Positions 52,168 to 61,709 of a DNA stretch of 64,000 nucleotides are shown piece by piece. The stretch spans positions 1,640,471 through 1,704,470 of the forward strand of contig OY968774.1 in NCBI GenBank assembly GCA_963695305.1, given 5' to 3'. How positions within the stretch are numbered: the first letter of the stretch is position 1; each line of letters opens with the position of its first letter. The stretch is from an uncultured Solirubrobacterales bacterium (GTDB taxonomy: Bacteria > Actinomycetota > Thermoleophilia > Solirubrobacterales > Solirubrobacteraceae). The position numbers were made by a program, and so were the translations under genes. The notes beneath the pieces were generated by a model. It saw only the letters and a list, made by a program, of their open reading frames with translations, was not told where the DNA came from and ran no database searches.

Positions 52168-53001
52168 CTAGGCGAGATCCGCAGGGTCACCGCCGAGACT
52201 TAGCAGTAGGCGCGAGATAGCTTCGTTGCTTTCCCCGCCAGCAAACGCTACAGGCGGGGACTCTGCGATCGTCGACACTAGCCGTGTGAGCGCCTCCTCG
52301 GCGGTGTCGCCCATGGCGTGTAGATGCGGCGCCTCGTAGACCTCCGCCGCGAACCGACCGTCGAACTCCAGCAACCACGTCACCACCGACCGGTGCTTGT
52401 CGTCGTTGATGTATAGCGACAGGATTCTCAGCGAGTAGCCACTCTCTCGCAGCGCAACCTCCGCGCGAGAAGGTGCACCACAGCCGATCGTGAACTCGCG
52501 TACCACGGAGAACTCGGGCGACGAGTCCGGCGTGTCCGCTAGCTGGCTGATAGAAGCGTTGAAGCGCGCGTCGCGGTAGTTGGTCGCCAGCGCAACGCAT
52601 TCGGCGATTTGCTCGGGGAACTCCGCATCCGGTGATCCACCACGAGGCAGGACAAGATCGAACTGCGACATGGCCACCTCGTGCAGCCTTGAGTTCAGCT
52701 CGTCCTCGCGGAAGTTGATCGAATAGATCGCTACGGGGACCTCTGGTCGCTCCGCCTTAACGAAATCCCCTAGAAAAATTCCTGACGTGTCCCCCTGCTT
52801 CGGCGTCAGCTTCACATCTGTGTACACGAGGTCGACCCCAGGTGAGGCTCGCAACTGGCGGATTGCGTCCTCAGGGTCTCGGACGGGAATCACGGCGCAA
52901 GACGCGTCATTAAACGCTTCCTTGGCGATTTCCAGAGCCTGCTCGTCATCGTCGACGACCAGTACGAGTGGTTGGGGTCTTGGCGGTGTCTGAACTGGCA
53001 T
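52168..53001 (-). CDS. Response-regulator receiver domain fused to a C-terminal HicB-like domain
   Basis: VLVVDDD, YTD phospho-Asp, IYS; C-terminal FAAEVYEAPHLHAMGDTAEEALTRLVSTI. Confidence 0.8.
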   Translation of the reverse strand: MPVQTPPRPQPLVLVVDDDEQALEIAKEAFNDASCAVIPVRDPEDAIRQLRASPGVDLVYTDVKLTPKQGDTSGIFLGDFVKAERPEVPVAIYSINFREDELNSRLHEVAMSQFDLVLPRGGSPDAEFPEQIAECVALATNYRDARFNASISQLADTPDSSPEFSVVREFTIGCGAPSRAEVALRESGYSLRILSLYINDDKHRSVVTWLLEFDGRFAAEVYEAPHLHAMGDTAEEALTRLVSTIAESPPVAFAGGESNEAISRLLLSLGGDPADLA

Positions 53002-53217
53002 GGCGCCGGATACTAGCTAGTCCCGTAGCGCGGCGTCGTACCGACTGTATGAACGGCGGTGTCGAGGCACTCGTCATGCATGATGCGTATTCAAGCATTG
53101 GGATCATGGCTTCGGCAGCGGAAGGGACCCTTCCCCAGTTAATCGCAGTCGTGAGGACGCCATACGCAATGCAAGGTCGTCTCATCGCTCCAGTCGTCGA
53201 GCCGATAGGCTGCCGCC

Positions 53218-54378
53218 GTGACGATCTTCTGGGACGACTTCGAGATTCTCCGACTTATCGACGCTTGCGAGAGGGGCGAACGCGGAGGTGCGCACAGCGG
53301 TATTTCTTTGGCTCAGGCGCTCGCTGCTGAACGTGGTGTGAGTTTTGCCAACGACGATTACGGATCACTCATCCGTGAGCTGTTCGTCTTGCACTCCGAC
53401 GGCCTCGTAACGTGGCAGGTTCTGTCATCGGTCGGTCGAGTACGACCGATCACGCCGGATGATCCCAATGATTATCTCAACAACATTCGCGACTTTGCGC
53501 TGACGATCAAGGGCCGGGACCGGGCACGTGGGCAGATCGTTCACATCCCCGTTCCTGATCCGTCCGAGGACGACGGCCGGATGATCCGAGCGTTGACGCT
53601 GGAAGGAATAGCAGAGATAATTGGCGCGGCCTATTCACCGGTTCAGGTGGTGCAGTTGCTGGTGGACTCGGGTGTCTCGATCGACGACTTCTCGTTCGAG
53701 GATGTCGTCTTGGAGGGGTCCGCCATGGTTAGGCATGTGCTCCACGAACTGGCGAACGGTACGAGTGGCCAGCGACGCGAGCTACGGATCTTCCTCGGCG
53801 CATGGCTTGACGACGGGCTACATACCGGTCCTTCTGACGCGGAGCGCGAGAAGATCGAGCGTGATCTCGCCCGACAGGGATGGTTCGTAAAGGACGGCCG
53901 CCTCGTGATCGGGGAGCCCGTGCGGCGAGTTCGCGACGGTTCCAACTCTCCGACACCCCGGGGAGATCATCTGCACCCATCTGTCTGGGAAGCAGCAGCG
54001 CCACAATGGGCCGCGCATCACTTGCACGATGCAGTATTGGCCGCATCGAAGGCGGTGAACTCGATGCTGAAGGCGAAGCTGACTCGTTACGACATCGGAG
54101 AGGTGGTACTAGTGCAGGAGGCATTCTCAAAGAACCCGCCAGCGAGCGGGAGACCACGGCTTCGCTTTCCGAGTATCGAGGACGACAAAACACGCGACTC
54201 GATTACGCAGGGTGCGTTGAACTTCGGCGTGGGATGCTTTCTAGCGATCCGTAACCCGGTAGGGCACCTGCCGGACAGTCAGCACGAGATGACCGAGCAG
54301 GAGGCGTTGGAGCAACTGGCTGCGTGGTCGCTGTTTGCCCGATGGGTCGATCTCGCGACCTTGATGCTAGTGCCGTAA
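53218..54378 (+). CDS. TIGR02391/Ymh HEPN-domain protein with N-terminal wHTH and AbiJ-NTD-like region
   Basis: LHPSVWEAA, AVLAASKAV, VQEAFS, GCFLAIRNPVGH (RxxxxH), ALEQLA..SL. Confidence 0.8.
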   Translation: MTIFWDDFEILRLIDACERGERGGAHSGISLAQALAAERGVSFANDDYGSLIRELFVLHSDGLVTWQVLSSVGRVRPITPDDPNDYLNNIRDFALTIKGRDRARGQIVHIPVPDPSEDDGRMIRALTLEGIAEIIGAAYSPVQVVQLLVDSGVSIDDFSFEDVVLEGSAMVRHVLHELANGTSGQRRELRIFLGAWLDDGLHTGPSDAEREKIERDLARQGWFVKDGRLVIGEPVRRVRDGSNSPTPRGDHLHPSVWEAAAPQWAAHHLHDAVLAASKAVNSMLKAKLTRYDIGEVVLVQEAFSKNPPASGRPRLRFPSIEDDKTRDSITQGALNFGVGCFLAIRNPVGHLPDSQHEMTEQEALEQLAAWSLFARWVDLATLMLVP

Positions 54379-54412
54379 AATGCCGTCGCCGACTTGCGAG
54401 ACCCAGAGATTC

Positions 54413-54448
54413 AGGCTCCATCCTACAGACAGGCGCCATCCTACAGAC
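54413..54448. repeat. Near-perfect 18-bp tandem duplication
   Basis: AGGCTCCATCCTACAGAC / AGGCGCCATCCTACAGAC (17/18 identical). Confidence 0.8.
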
Positions 54449-54478
54449 CGGAATGTCAGTTGCCCGATTGGACGGCAC

Positions 54479-54549
54479 ATCAACAGATCGGTCGCCTTAG
54501 TGGTCCGCCCGGCGGGGCATTCGGTGGAGAGCGCGTTGCCGTATGGTTC
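54479..54549 (-). pseudogene. vapC (PIN toxin) relic
   Basis: Ungapped ~76% nt match (hand alignment) to 61813-61883; translates EPYGNALSTECPAGRTTKATDLLM vs EHYGDVLATARSAGRTTKATDLLI. Confidence 0.75.
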
Positions 54550-54625
54550 CACAAGATATATTTTTCGCGTATCTAAGGGTCCGACCGATCGAGGGAACGT
54601 CCCAGCACGACTGTAGTTTTGGCCT

Positions 54626-57600
54626 GTGACTAACGCTCGTATACATGGTGCCCGGGAGTCGTCGGCAGGCGACGAGTTTCATGTCCTCTGGGCCGTGCGA
54701 CGCACGCTCGGGCTGTTGGATCCCGACAGCGCACTGGAGCGAATCGTAATGGAGGATCTGACGCCTGTCCCGCCCGACGGGGTTGCCCCTGAGTTGCTGC
54801 TCGGGGTGGACCTGACGGAGTTCTATGGAGGGATCGATCCGATAAGTGCGGAACGGATCGTGGTGTCGCAACTGAAGTATAGTCATCGGCATCCCGACCG
54901 ATCATGGACGGCAGCACGGCTCGCACAAGTCGGTTCGCGTGGACAGAAGGGAGTCCTCGCGCGTCTCGCCGACATATACACGGGTCTGAGTCGAACGGTC
55001 TCCCGCGAAGAGCTCCTTTCGCGACTAGAGATCAGAGTGGTTAGCAACATGCCTTGCGGCACTCGTTTGGCTGCGGCTCTCGGAGCTGCGCAGCAGTGGC
55101 TTGTGAAGCGCCAGAAGCCAGCGCGGCGGGCCGACCTTCTCGCGGCGGTTAGTTCTTCATCGAGAGTGGAGCTCGAGCGTCTCTCGAAAGCGAGCGGGCT
55201 TGGGAGCTTTGCGTTTACGGACTTCCTGCGCGTCCTTGATGTGAGCTACATGGGCGTTGACGGCCGCGCTGACCAGGAGCTTGCGATCACGCAAGCATTG
55301 GCAAGACATGTGATGGATGATCTGCGACACGCGTCGCTGGCGCTCGCGGATCTCGTGCGTAAGCGGGGTGCGCCGGAGGGTGAGGGGTACCCGATAGAGC
55401 GAGCCGATCTACTCGCGGCGCTCGAAGTGCACTCAGAAATCGACTTGTTGCCCGCACCGCCACGTTTTTCGCGCCCAACGCACTGTCTACAAACTCCGGA
55501 TGCCAAGCGCATTCTCGCCGCCCTGGCTGAGACCCCGGACCGGCGTGTCCTTGCTCACGGATCGGCGGGCGTCGGCAAGACCACAACCATACTGGCGCTT
55601 GAGGAAGAGATGCCAGAGGGTTCAGTCGTTCTGACCTACGACTGTTTTGGTGCTGGCGACTATGAAGATCCGGGTGCCGCTCGCCATCTCGCCGTGCGTT
55701 TCGGGGTTCAGATTTGCAACGAGCTCGCAGCCCGTTGCCGGCTACCGATGCTGATCCGCCCGTCGCGATCGGTGCATGACCTTTGGCATGAGCTCGAACG
55801 CCGACTGCTTGTGGCGGGCGGACTGTTGGAGAACATGGGAGCCCGCCTGCTTCTGGTCGTTGACGCGGCCGACAACAGTGCATTGGCGGGCAAGTATTTC
55901 GCGGAGAAGGCTTTCCTGAGCTACCTCTGGGCGCTGCCGATTCCGCCCGGTGTAAGCCTCATCGTCACATGTCGCACCGGCCGACGCGACACGGTCGCGC
56001 CTCCGGCCGAAGTCGCGCAGGTCGAGCTGCTTGGATTCGACGAGGCCGCTTCTGGAGCATACTTGCGGACCCGCTTCCCGGAGGCTGGGGAGGAGCAGGC
56101 TCGGGCTTTCCACGAACGCAGCGGCGGCAATCCGCGTGTGCAGTTTTACGTCCTATTCCAAGAGCGCGCAGACGCAGCCATAGACCTCGACGAGGCCGTC
56201 AAGCAGGCGCAGAAGACGCCAGAGGACATTTTTCAGAGCCTGTTCGATGCAGCGGTCGCGCACGCCCCAGTCGGCGGCGAAGCTCAGGAGCGCCTCGCGG
56301 AGCTCCTATGTCTCACCAAGCCCCTGACGAGTGATCGGTTTCGCTCGGTCTCGGGCCTCGCAGCGGAACGTGTGCGCGACTTCTGCGAGAGCCTTGTGCC
56401 TGGAGTTGTGGTGGACCGAAATGTAATCGCGTTTCGCGACGAGGACTTTGCGCACTTCCTACGGAAGACTATCGGCGAGGCGGAGGAAGTCGCTGCACAT
56501 AACCGCCTAGCCGACCTGTTCCTTGAACAGCAGACAGACCCATATGCCGCACTCGTAGTCGCCGACCACTTGCACAATGCCGGAAGGGGAAATGACCTTG
56601 TGACATTGGCACTCGAGGGGGGACCACCCGAGGCGATCCGTGAACCGCTGGGGCGCCAACAGGTATACCGGCGGCGACTGACTCTTGCCCTTAGACATGC
56701 AGCTGAGGAAGCCGAGCCAGCAGCCGCATGTCGCCTGGTTGTACTCGCTGGGGAGGCCGCCCGCCAGAATCGGGCTGTCACCGAGATCCTGCGGCGGCGT
56801 CCGGACCTTGGGATGCGCTACGGCGACCCCGAGGCCGTCATGCGCGTGTACACGGAGGCTGAGAACCCGGAGTGGCAAGGGCCAGTTCACATGCAGCTCG
56901 CGGCCCTGTTCGCCCGCACTGGCGAGCATGATCGTGCGCGCATCGAGGTACGTCAAGCAGACGCTTGGCTCCTGCGCTGGACCGAGGAGGAGCGCCAGTG
57001 GGACGTCGAAGCGGACGATGTTGCTGCCTATGCGGAGGCGTTCTTCCATGTCCGGGGGCCGGATGCCGCTGCAGCTCAACTTCAGCGATGGAGGCCGACA
57101 AGCTTTGTCGCGAGCGCCGCAGTTGCGCTCGTACGCCGTCTCGCGCGGAGCGTTTCTGGTCAGCGCCTCGGCGCGCTGATTGCAGGACGGGATCTGCCAG
57201 CGACACTCCGTGCTCGTCTGCTGGCTGCGGCTTTTGGCGCCGGAGCATTGGCGGAGAGCGAGGACGTCGCGGCCGTCGCTGGGCTGCTCATCAAGGAGGC
57301 ACCTGAACTGGGGCCCGAGGATGGCTGGTGGGTTGCGAGCTTCTCGGAGCTCTGTGCGATCGTCGGGTTGGGCTCAGAGCGCGTGCTCGAACTCTTGAAC
57401 GCGCTCGATCTACCCCGTCCACGTACCGCTCCACACCGCTATGAACGGCTCGGGCGCTACCGCGACGTGCTGCGCATAGCTGCTCTGCGAACGACGTGTA
57501 CGGGATCCGATCTTGACCTTGAGGACCTGATGCCAGCAAGCGTCACGGACCACGCGGAGGACTCACGCCAGCGTTCCGATGTCGACTCGGAGCGACGATC

Positions 57601-60600
57601 TACAGAGAAGAACGTCGGACGCTATGTGCCCGTCTTCACGCGTCGTGCCCGCGCGCTGCTGCACCACACGGCGGTGAACGAGCTGCGCGCGGAGTTCGAG
57701 GAGACCATCGCGAAGGGGTTGCACACGAGGGAGCATCGCCGCGAGTCCGACTTCGGCCATCGGATGTGGCTCGCCGCTTTTACCGATGCATTGCTCGCAT
57801 GCAAAGGGACCGACATCGACCTTATCCGCAATGCTGCAGCCGGGGCGGGTACGACAGCGGGAGTTGGGGAGCACGCCTGCCTGATGACAATTGCCCGGAG
57901 GCTCGTGCAGGACGAGCGCTATTGCGACGAGGGCCTACGCATTCTGGAGCACGCAGCTGCGCTGACCGAACAACGCGAGCTGCCGGCGAGCGAACAGGCT
58001 GATGCGCTCCTGGGCGCATGCGCGATTGCAGACCCGGTCGACTGTGAGCACGCCCGGGATCTGCACGCGCGCGCCATACGTGCGGCCGAGGGGATGGACG
58101 ACGACGGCATTGGGCGCCTTGAACTGCACGCTCGGATTGCTTCGCAGCTCACCGGGACGCCAGCGGCGGCTGAACTCGCCTGGCGTACGGGCCATACGCT
58201 CGTCCGGCACTGTCGTCGTGTGAGTGACGAGGAACACCTTCCATGGCGTGACACGCTTCGGGCGATCACACTTCTGCATCCGCAGACCGGCGTTGCTTTT
58301 GTGGGACGCTGGGAGGACGAAGGGCACCTGGGGCTGAGCAGTTCGGTTCCGGCCGCGGCACCCGCGCTCGCAGAGTCTGGCTTCCTACGGCCGGTCGAGG
58401 CCTTGGCTCTTCAGGTGCTGGCGGGCGAGGAAGCAAACCCGGTCTCCTCGGCGACCGCGATTCTCGAACTGATACCCGAAGGACCCACACGCGCAGCAGC
58501 GTTGTCTGAGCTCAGCCTGCGCATCCGGCGCGATCTGCTACCCGATTCTCGTGCATGGGCCGCCCAATCACTACATGAGTGGGCTGGTTCGCACGGGCTC
58601 GCAGACGTCGATGCGGTACGAGCGCTGCAACCGCTGCTAGAAAGCGCCGAGGAGCGGAGGCGCTCGCGACCGTGGATGAACTCGGTGACAAGCGACCGCG
58701 ACGAGCGAGAGCGAGCGGCGAAGAAGATCCTCAGTCGTGCGAGAAAGGGCGACCCTGAGCGCGTGGTCTGCGACTTGCACGAGCTGGCAGCACTATCCGA
58801 TGGGACGCGAATATCGAGCTACCTCGAAACTGTCGCAGACGCGGTCATCCCCTCACGACGTGGCGAGCTGGCGGACGCGCTCGCCGCGCTGCCAGTCACG
58901 GGCACACTCACTGATCGTCACGCCGACAAGATCCTCAATGCGCTCGTGCAAATGAGTTCTAGATGGAATGCCTCGACCGCAGTTCGCGTACGCTGCGCCG
59001 CAGCCATCGAACGCCTGGTCGAGAAGCAGATAGAGTCGATGATGCGCTATCGCGGACAGGCTGAGAGGGTGGTCGCCAGAGTGCTCGCACTGGACTGCCT
59101 TGCCGATCCTGCGGCGCTCGTCATGCGCGTCGTCGGTGCGAGCCTGGAGAGGCTTCCACCGGTCGCGCTCTATGAGACAGCCTCAGAGCTGGCGCTTGGG
59201 CTGGAGCGAGAGGAGCGAGCCGAGCTTCTGTCCTGGTCGCTACAGGAGATGCAGGGTGAGCCGATCATCGCGCCCCCGTTGCCTGACGAGAGGCAGGATG
59301 TGCTTGCCGGGCTTTTCTGGTCACTTTTCGCAGCACCAGACAAGGCGACGCGTTGGCGGGCGGCCCATGTAGCTCGAGGTCTACTAGTAAGCGATGACGA
59401 AGAACTCGCTCGGGCGCTTTATCGGCACACGAGATCGCACAAGGGGGGCCCATTCACGGCTCCAGGGCTCCCATTCTATTGGCATTCGGCGCAAGTATGG
59501 ACACTAATGACAATCGCACGCGTCGCACGCGACACACCATCTAAGGTGGCGACCCTAGCGTCTGATCTGGCGTCGACTGCGCGCGACCGCGACTGGCCAC
59601 ACGCCAGCGTGCGGGAGTTTGCTCGACTCGGCGCGCTCAGCATATCCGAGGCCGTACCAGGGGCGCTGTCGGTTGATGAGGTGGCGGAGTTGCGATTTGC
59701 TAATGCTCCGCGCGCATGCAAACTCAAGCGTGAGCGCCGCTACTACCGCACCGGGCACGGCAACCGCGACTATGAGACCGAGCGATTCCATTTTGATGCT
59801 ATGGACACGCTGCCGTACGTGTATGGGCCATTTGGTGAACGCTTTGGCCTCGATATAGACGAGATCTGCGAGCGCGCCGAACACTGGATTATAGACGGGC
59901 TGGGCTTCTCCGACGAGCGTGTCGGTGACCCCCGCGTTGAACGAATGGACTATTCACTACGCGATAACTCCCATGGATCCTCGCCGCGTGTTGAGTCCTG
60001 GCACGAGGCGCTTGAGTATCACGCACTACAACTTGTTGCCGGAGAATTGTGCGACCAGGGCGCGGCCGTCGTGGTCGGTCCGGACGCTGATACGTCCGAC
60101 CCATGGGGAGAGTGGCTTAGCGAGCACCTAGATAGCAGAGAGCACGATTGGATTGCCGACGAGCGGGAGCCTGTACCTCCGGTCCCAGCGCTGCTCATGA
60201 CAGATCTCGACGAGAACGATTGGCCGGATCTGACCGACATTGATTTGGAGCACGCGATCGGAGCTTGGGAGGCAGACTCGCTTATCATTGACGCGAGCAT
60301 CGAGTTCTCGGCGAGGTTCGGGTATGGCACCACATACGTCACGAGCGCCCTCGTGAGTCGTGACACGGCTCCGGCTCTAGCTCGCGCTCTACAAAGCAAC
60401 GAGGAATCTCACGGCTTTCCACTGCCGATAGAGCACGGCTTTTGGCGCAATGAGGAGACGAACGTTCAGGAGGGCGAATTCCGCCTAGAGGGTTGGCTGT
60501 GGGAAGAGCGGCGCCAGCGAGAAGATCTGGAGCGGCATGACCCGCTGGCTCGGATAGATCCGGTCGTTACCCGACCGGGAACTGCGTTTCTGAAGGCATG

Positions 60601-60961
60601 TGGCGGAGAGATCAAGGACGAAGGGTGGCGAGTTCGTGAGCCGGGCGGGAAGCTATTGGCCTGGCAGTATGCCTGGAGCGACCTAGCCAAAACGGATACC
60701 AGGCGGTCCGATCCGCAAGGAACGAGCGGGCGCGCGACCCATGTCCGTCGCGATGCCCTGTCTCAACTTCTGCGCGCGACAGGGATGCTCCTGATTCTGT
60801 ATGCAAGCGCAAGGCGACGTCGCAGTGACCGCTATCGCAATGAGGAGGAAGAAAGTGAAAAAGCGAACCACAAAGTCTACCTCTTCGACCCTGACGCAGG
60901 ACTCAGCACGGTGGAGGGACCTATCGAGGCTAGGCGAGCACATTGTCAGCGAGCTCGGTGA
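54626..60961 (+). CDS. avs3a: AVAST type III nuclease-STAND ATPase-TPR anti-phage protein
   Basis: 2111 aa; N-terminal GDEFH.LWA.RR.L.LL, VD.TEFYG, QLKYS (Cap4-like nuclease); GSAGVGKT, YDCFG.G.Y, VVDAADN, SGGNPRVQ; long helical C-terminus; matches recalled Avs3a pattern. Confidence 0.88.
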   Translation: MTNARIHGARESSAGDEFHVLWAVRRTLGLLDPDSALERIVMEDLTPVPPDGVAPELLLGVDLTEFYGGIDPISAERIVVSQLKYSHRHPDRSWTAARLAQVGSRGQKGVLARLADIYTGLSRTVSREELLSRLEIRVVSNMPCGTRLAAALGAAQQWLVKRQKPARRADLLAAVSSSSRVELERLSKASGLGSFAFTDFLRVLDVSYMGVDGRADQELAITQALARHVMDDLRHASLALADLVRKRGAPEGEGYPIERADLLAALEVHSEIDLLPAPPRFSRPTHCLQTPDAKRILAALAETPDRRVLAHGSAGVGKTTTILALEEEMPEGSVVLTYDCFGAGDYEDPGAARHLAVRFGVQICNELAARCRLPMLIRPSRSVHDLWHELERRLLVAGGLLENMGARLLLVVDAADNSALAGKYFAEKAFLSYLWALPIPPGVSLIVTCRTGRRDTVAPPAEVAQVELLGFDEAASGAYLRTRFPEAGEEQARAFHERSGGNPRVQFYVLFQERADAAIDLDEAVKQAQKTPEDIFQSLFDAAVAHAPVGGEAQERLAELLCLTKPLTSDRFRSVSGLAAERVRDFCESLVPGVVVDRNVIAFRDEDFAHFLRKTIGEAEEVAAHNRLADLFLEQQTDPYAALVVADHLHNAGRGNDLVTLALEGGPPEAIREPLGRQQVYRRRLTLALRHAAEEAEPAAACRLVVLAGEAARQNRAVTEILRRRPDLGMRYGDPEAVMRVYTEAENPEWQGPVHMQLAALFARTGEHDRARIEVRQADAWLLRWTEEERQWDVEADDVAAYAEAFFHVRGPDAAAAQLQRWRPTSFVASAAVALVRRLARSVSGQRLGALIAGRDLPATLRARLLAAAFGAGALAESEDVAAVAGLLIKEAPELGPEDGWWVASFSELCAIVGLGSERVLELLNALDLPRPRTAPHRYERLGRYRDVLRIAALRTTCTGSDLDLEDLMPASVTDHAEDSRQRSDVDSERRSTEKNVGRYVPVFTRRARALLHHTAVNELRAEFEETIAKGLHTREHRRESDFGHRMWLAAFTDALLACKGTDIDLIRNAAAGAGTTAGVGEHACLMTIARRLVQDERYCDEGLRILEHAAALTEQRELPASEQADALLGACAIADPVDCEHARDLHARAIRAAEGMDDDGIGRLELHARIASQLTGTPAAAELAWRTGHTLVRHCRRVSDEEHLPWRDTLRAITLLHPQTGVAFVGRWEDEGHLGLSSSVPAAAPALAESGFLRPVEALALQVLAGEEANPVSSATAILELIPEGPTRAAALSELSLRIRRDLLPDSRAWAAQSLHEWAGSHGLADVDAVRALQPLLESAEERRRSRPWMNSVTSDRDERERAAKKILSRARKGDPERVVCDLHELAALSDGTRISSYLETVADAVIPSRRGELADALAALPVTGTLTDRHADKILNALVQMSSRWNASTAVRVRCAAAIERLVEKQIESMMRYRGQAERVVARVLALDCLADPAALVMRVVGASLERLPPVALYETASELALGLEREERAELLSWSLQEMQGEPIIAPPLPDERQDVLAGLFWSLFAAPDKATRWRAAHVARGLLVSDDEELARALYRHTRSHKGGPFTAPGLPFYWHSAQVWTLMTIARVARDTPSKVATLASDLASTARDRDWPHASVREFARLGALSISEAVPGALSVDEVAELRFANAPRACKLKRERRYYRTGHGNRDYETERFHFDAMDTLPYVYGPFGERFGLDIDEICERAEHWIIDGLGFSDERVGDPRVERMDYSLRDNSHGSSPRVESWHEALEYHALQLVAGELCDQGAAVVVGPDADTSDPWGEWLSEHLDSREHDWIADEREPVPPVPALLMTDLDENDWPDLTDIDLEHAIGAWEADSLIIDASIEFSARFGYGTTYVTSALVSRDTAPALARALQSNEESHGFPLPIEHGFWRNEETNVQEGEFRLEGWLWEERRQREDLERHDPLARIDPVVTRPGTAFLKACGGEIKDEGWRVREPGGKLLAWQYAWSDLAKTDTRRSDPQGTSGRATHVRRDALSQLLRATGMLLILYASARRRRSDRYRNEEEESEKANHKVYLFDPDAGLSTVEGPIEARRAHCQRAR

Positions 60962-61616
60962 GGAATGCGACGGGCCGAGCCTACTGGCGCAGTGGATTGC
61001 ACATCGCCTTGCGGAGCACCTGAGCGAAGCGGAGAATGCTTCAGAGCCGGAGCGCCGGGAAGCTGCGCGTACGGCCGCTGAAGCCTTGATTCCGCGATTG
61101 TGGAGTGCTCGCAGTGGCTGGCCGCGCGGGTGGCCGCCCGATGCTGTCAAGGAATTCGTAGAAGGTGTGCGTGCGGCTCAGGATCACCCGAGCGAGGAGT
61201 CACACTCCCTGGAGCTGTGGCTTTCGACTCTGCCGGAGCTTGAGACACTGGGCCTAGAAGAGCGCCAAATCTGGGTGTATGCCGCACTGCTTGAGCTCGA
61301 TATGCATCCGCTACGCGCGACCCTCAGCGTGGCGCCGGAGTCCGACGCCAGCCAAAAGGATCTTGCAAGCATTCGCTGGCAACTACATATCCATAAGGAA
61401 GCCGAGAAGTGGGTGGCCGACCACGTCGTTGGGAGTGAGCGGGCGACGCGACGGTCCGATCGCGCTCGGATCTTCGAGCGGGAGCTCAAGCAGCTAGCAC
61501 AACGCCGATCTGCGCTTCTCAAGCGTACCCTTGCGGATGCTCGCCGTGGACGCCGGCAGACGCTGTCGCCAGCAAGCGGAGTTCAGGGGGCGGGCAGCCT
61601 GAACTCCCGTCGCTGA
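60855..61616 (+). CDS. avs3b: AVAST type III accessory protein
   Basis: LGEHIVSEL....LLAQWIAHRLAE...AE...LW pattern; GAGGAGG 6 nt before GTG 60855; overlaps avs3a end. Confidence 0.78.
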   Translation: MKKRTTKSTSSTLTQDSARWRDLSRLGEHIVSELGEECDGPSLLAQWIAHRLAEHLSEAENASEPERREAARTAAEALIPRLWSARSGWPRGWPPDAVKEFVEGVRAAQDHPSEESHSLELWLSTLPELETLGLEERQIWVYAALLELDMHPLRATLSVAPESDASQKDLASIRWQLHIHKEAEKWVADHVVGSERATRRSDRARIFERELKQLAQRRSALLKRTLADARRGRRQTLSPASGVQGAGSLNSRR

Positions 61617-61709
61617 GCGTGCCATGTCTCTCGCGAGCCAGTGAACGGATTCGCACTTGGCCTAGGTGTGGATCAAACGAAAGGGTGAGGCTGGGTGTTC
61701 CCCGAGGTG

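Noticed and set aside
39066-54448. CRISPR array (short direct repeats at 39066/39123, 46331 and 54413)
   Set aside because: Only two copies each, wrong repeat and spacer lengths, and no cas genes.
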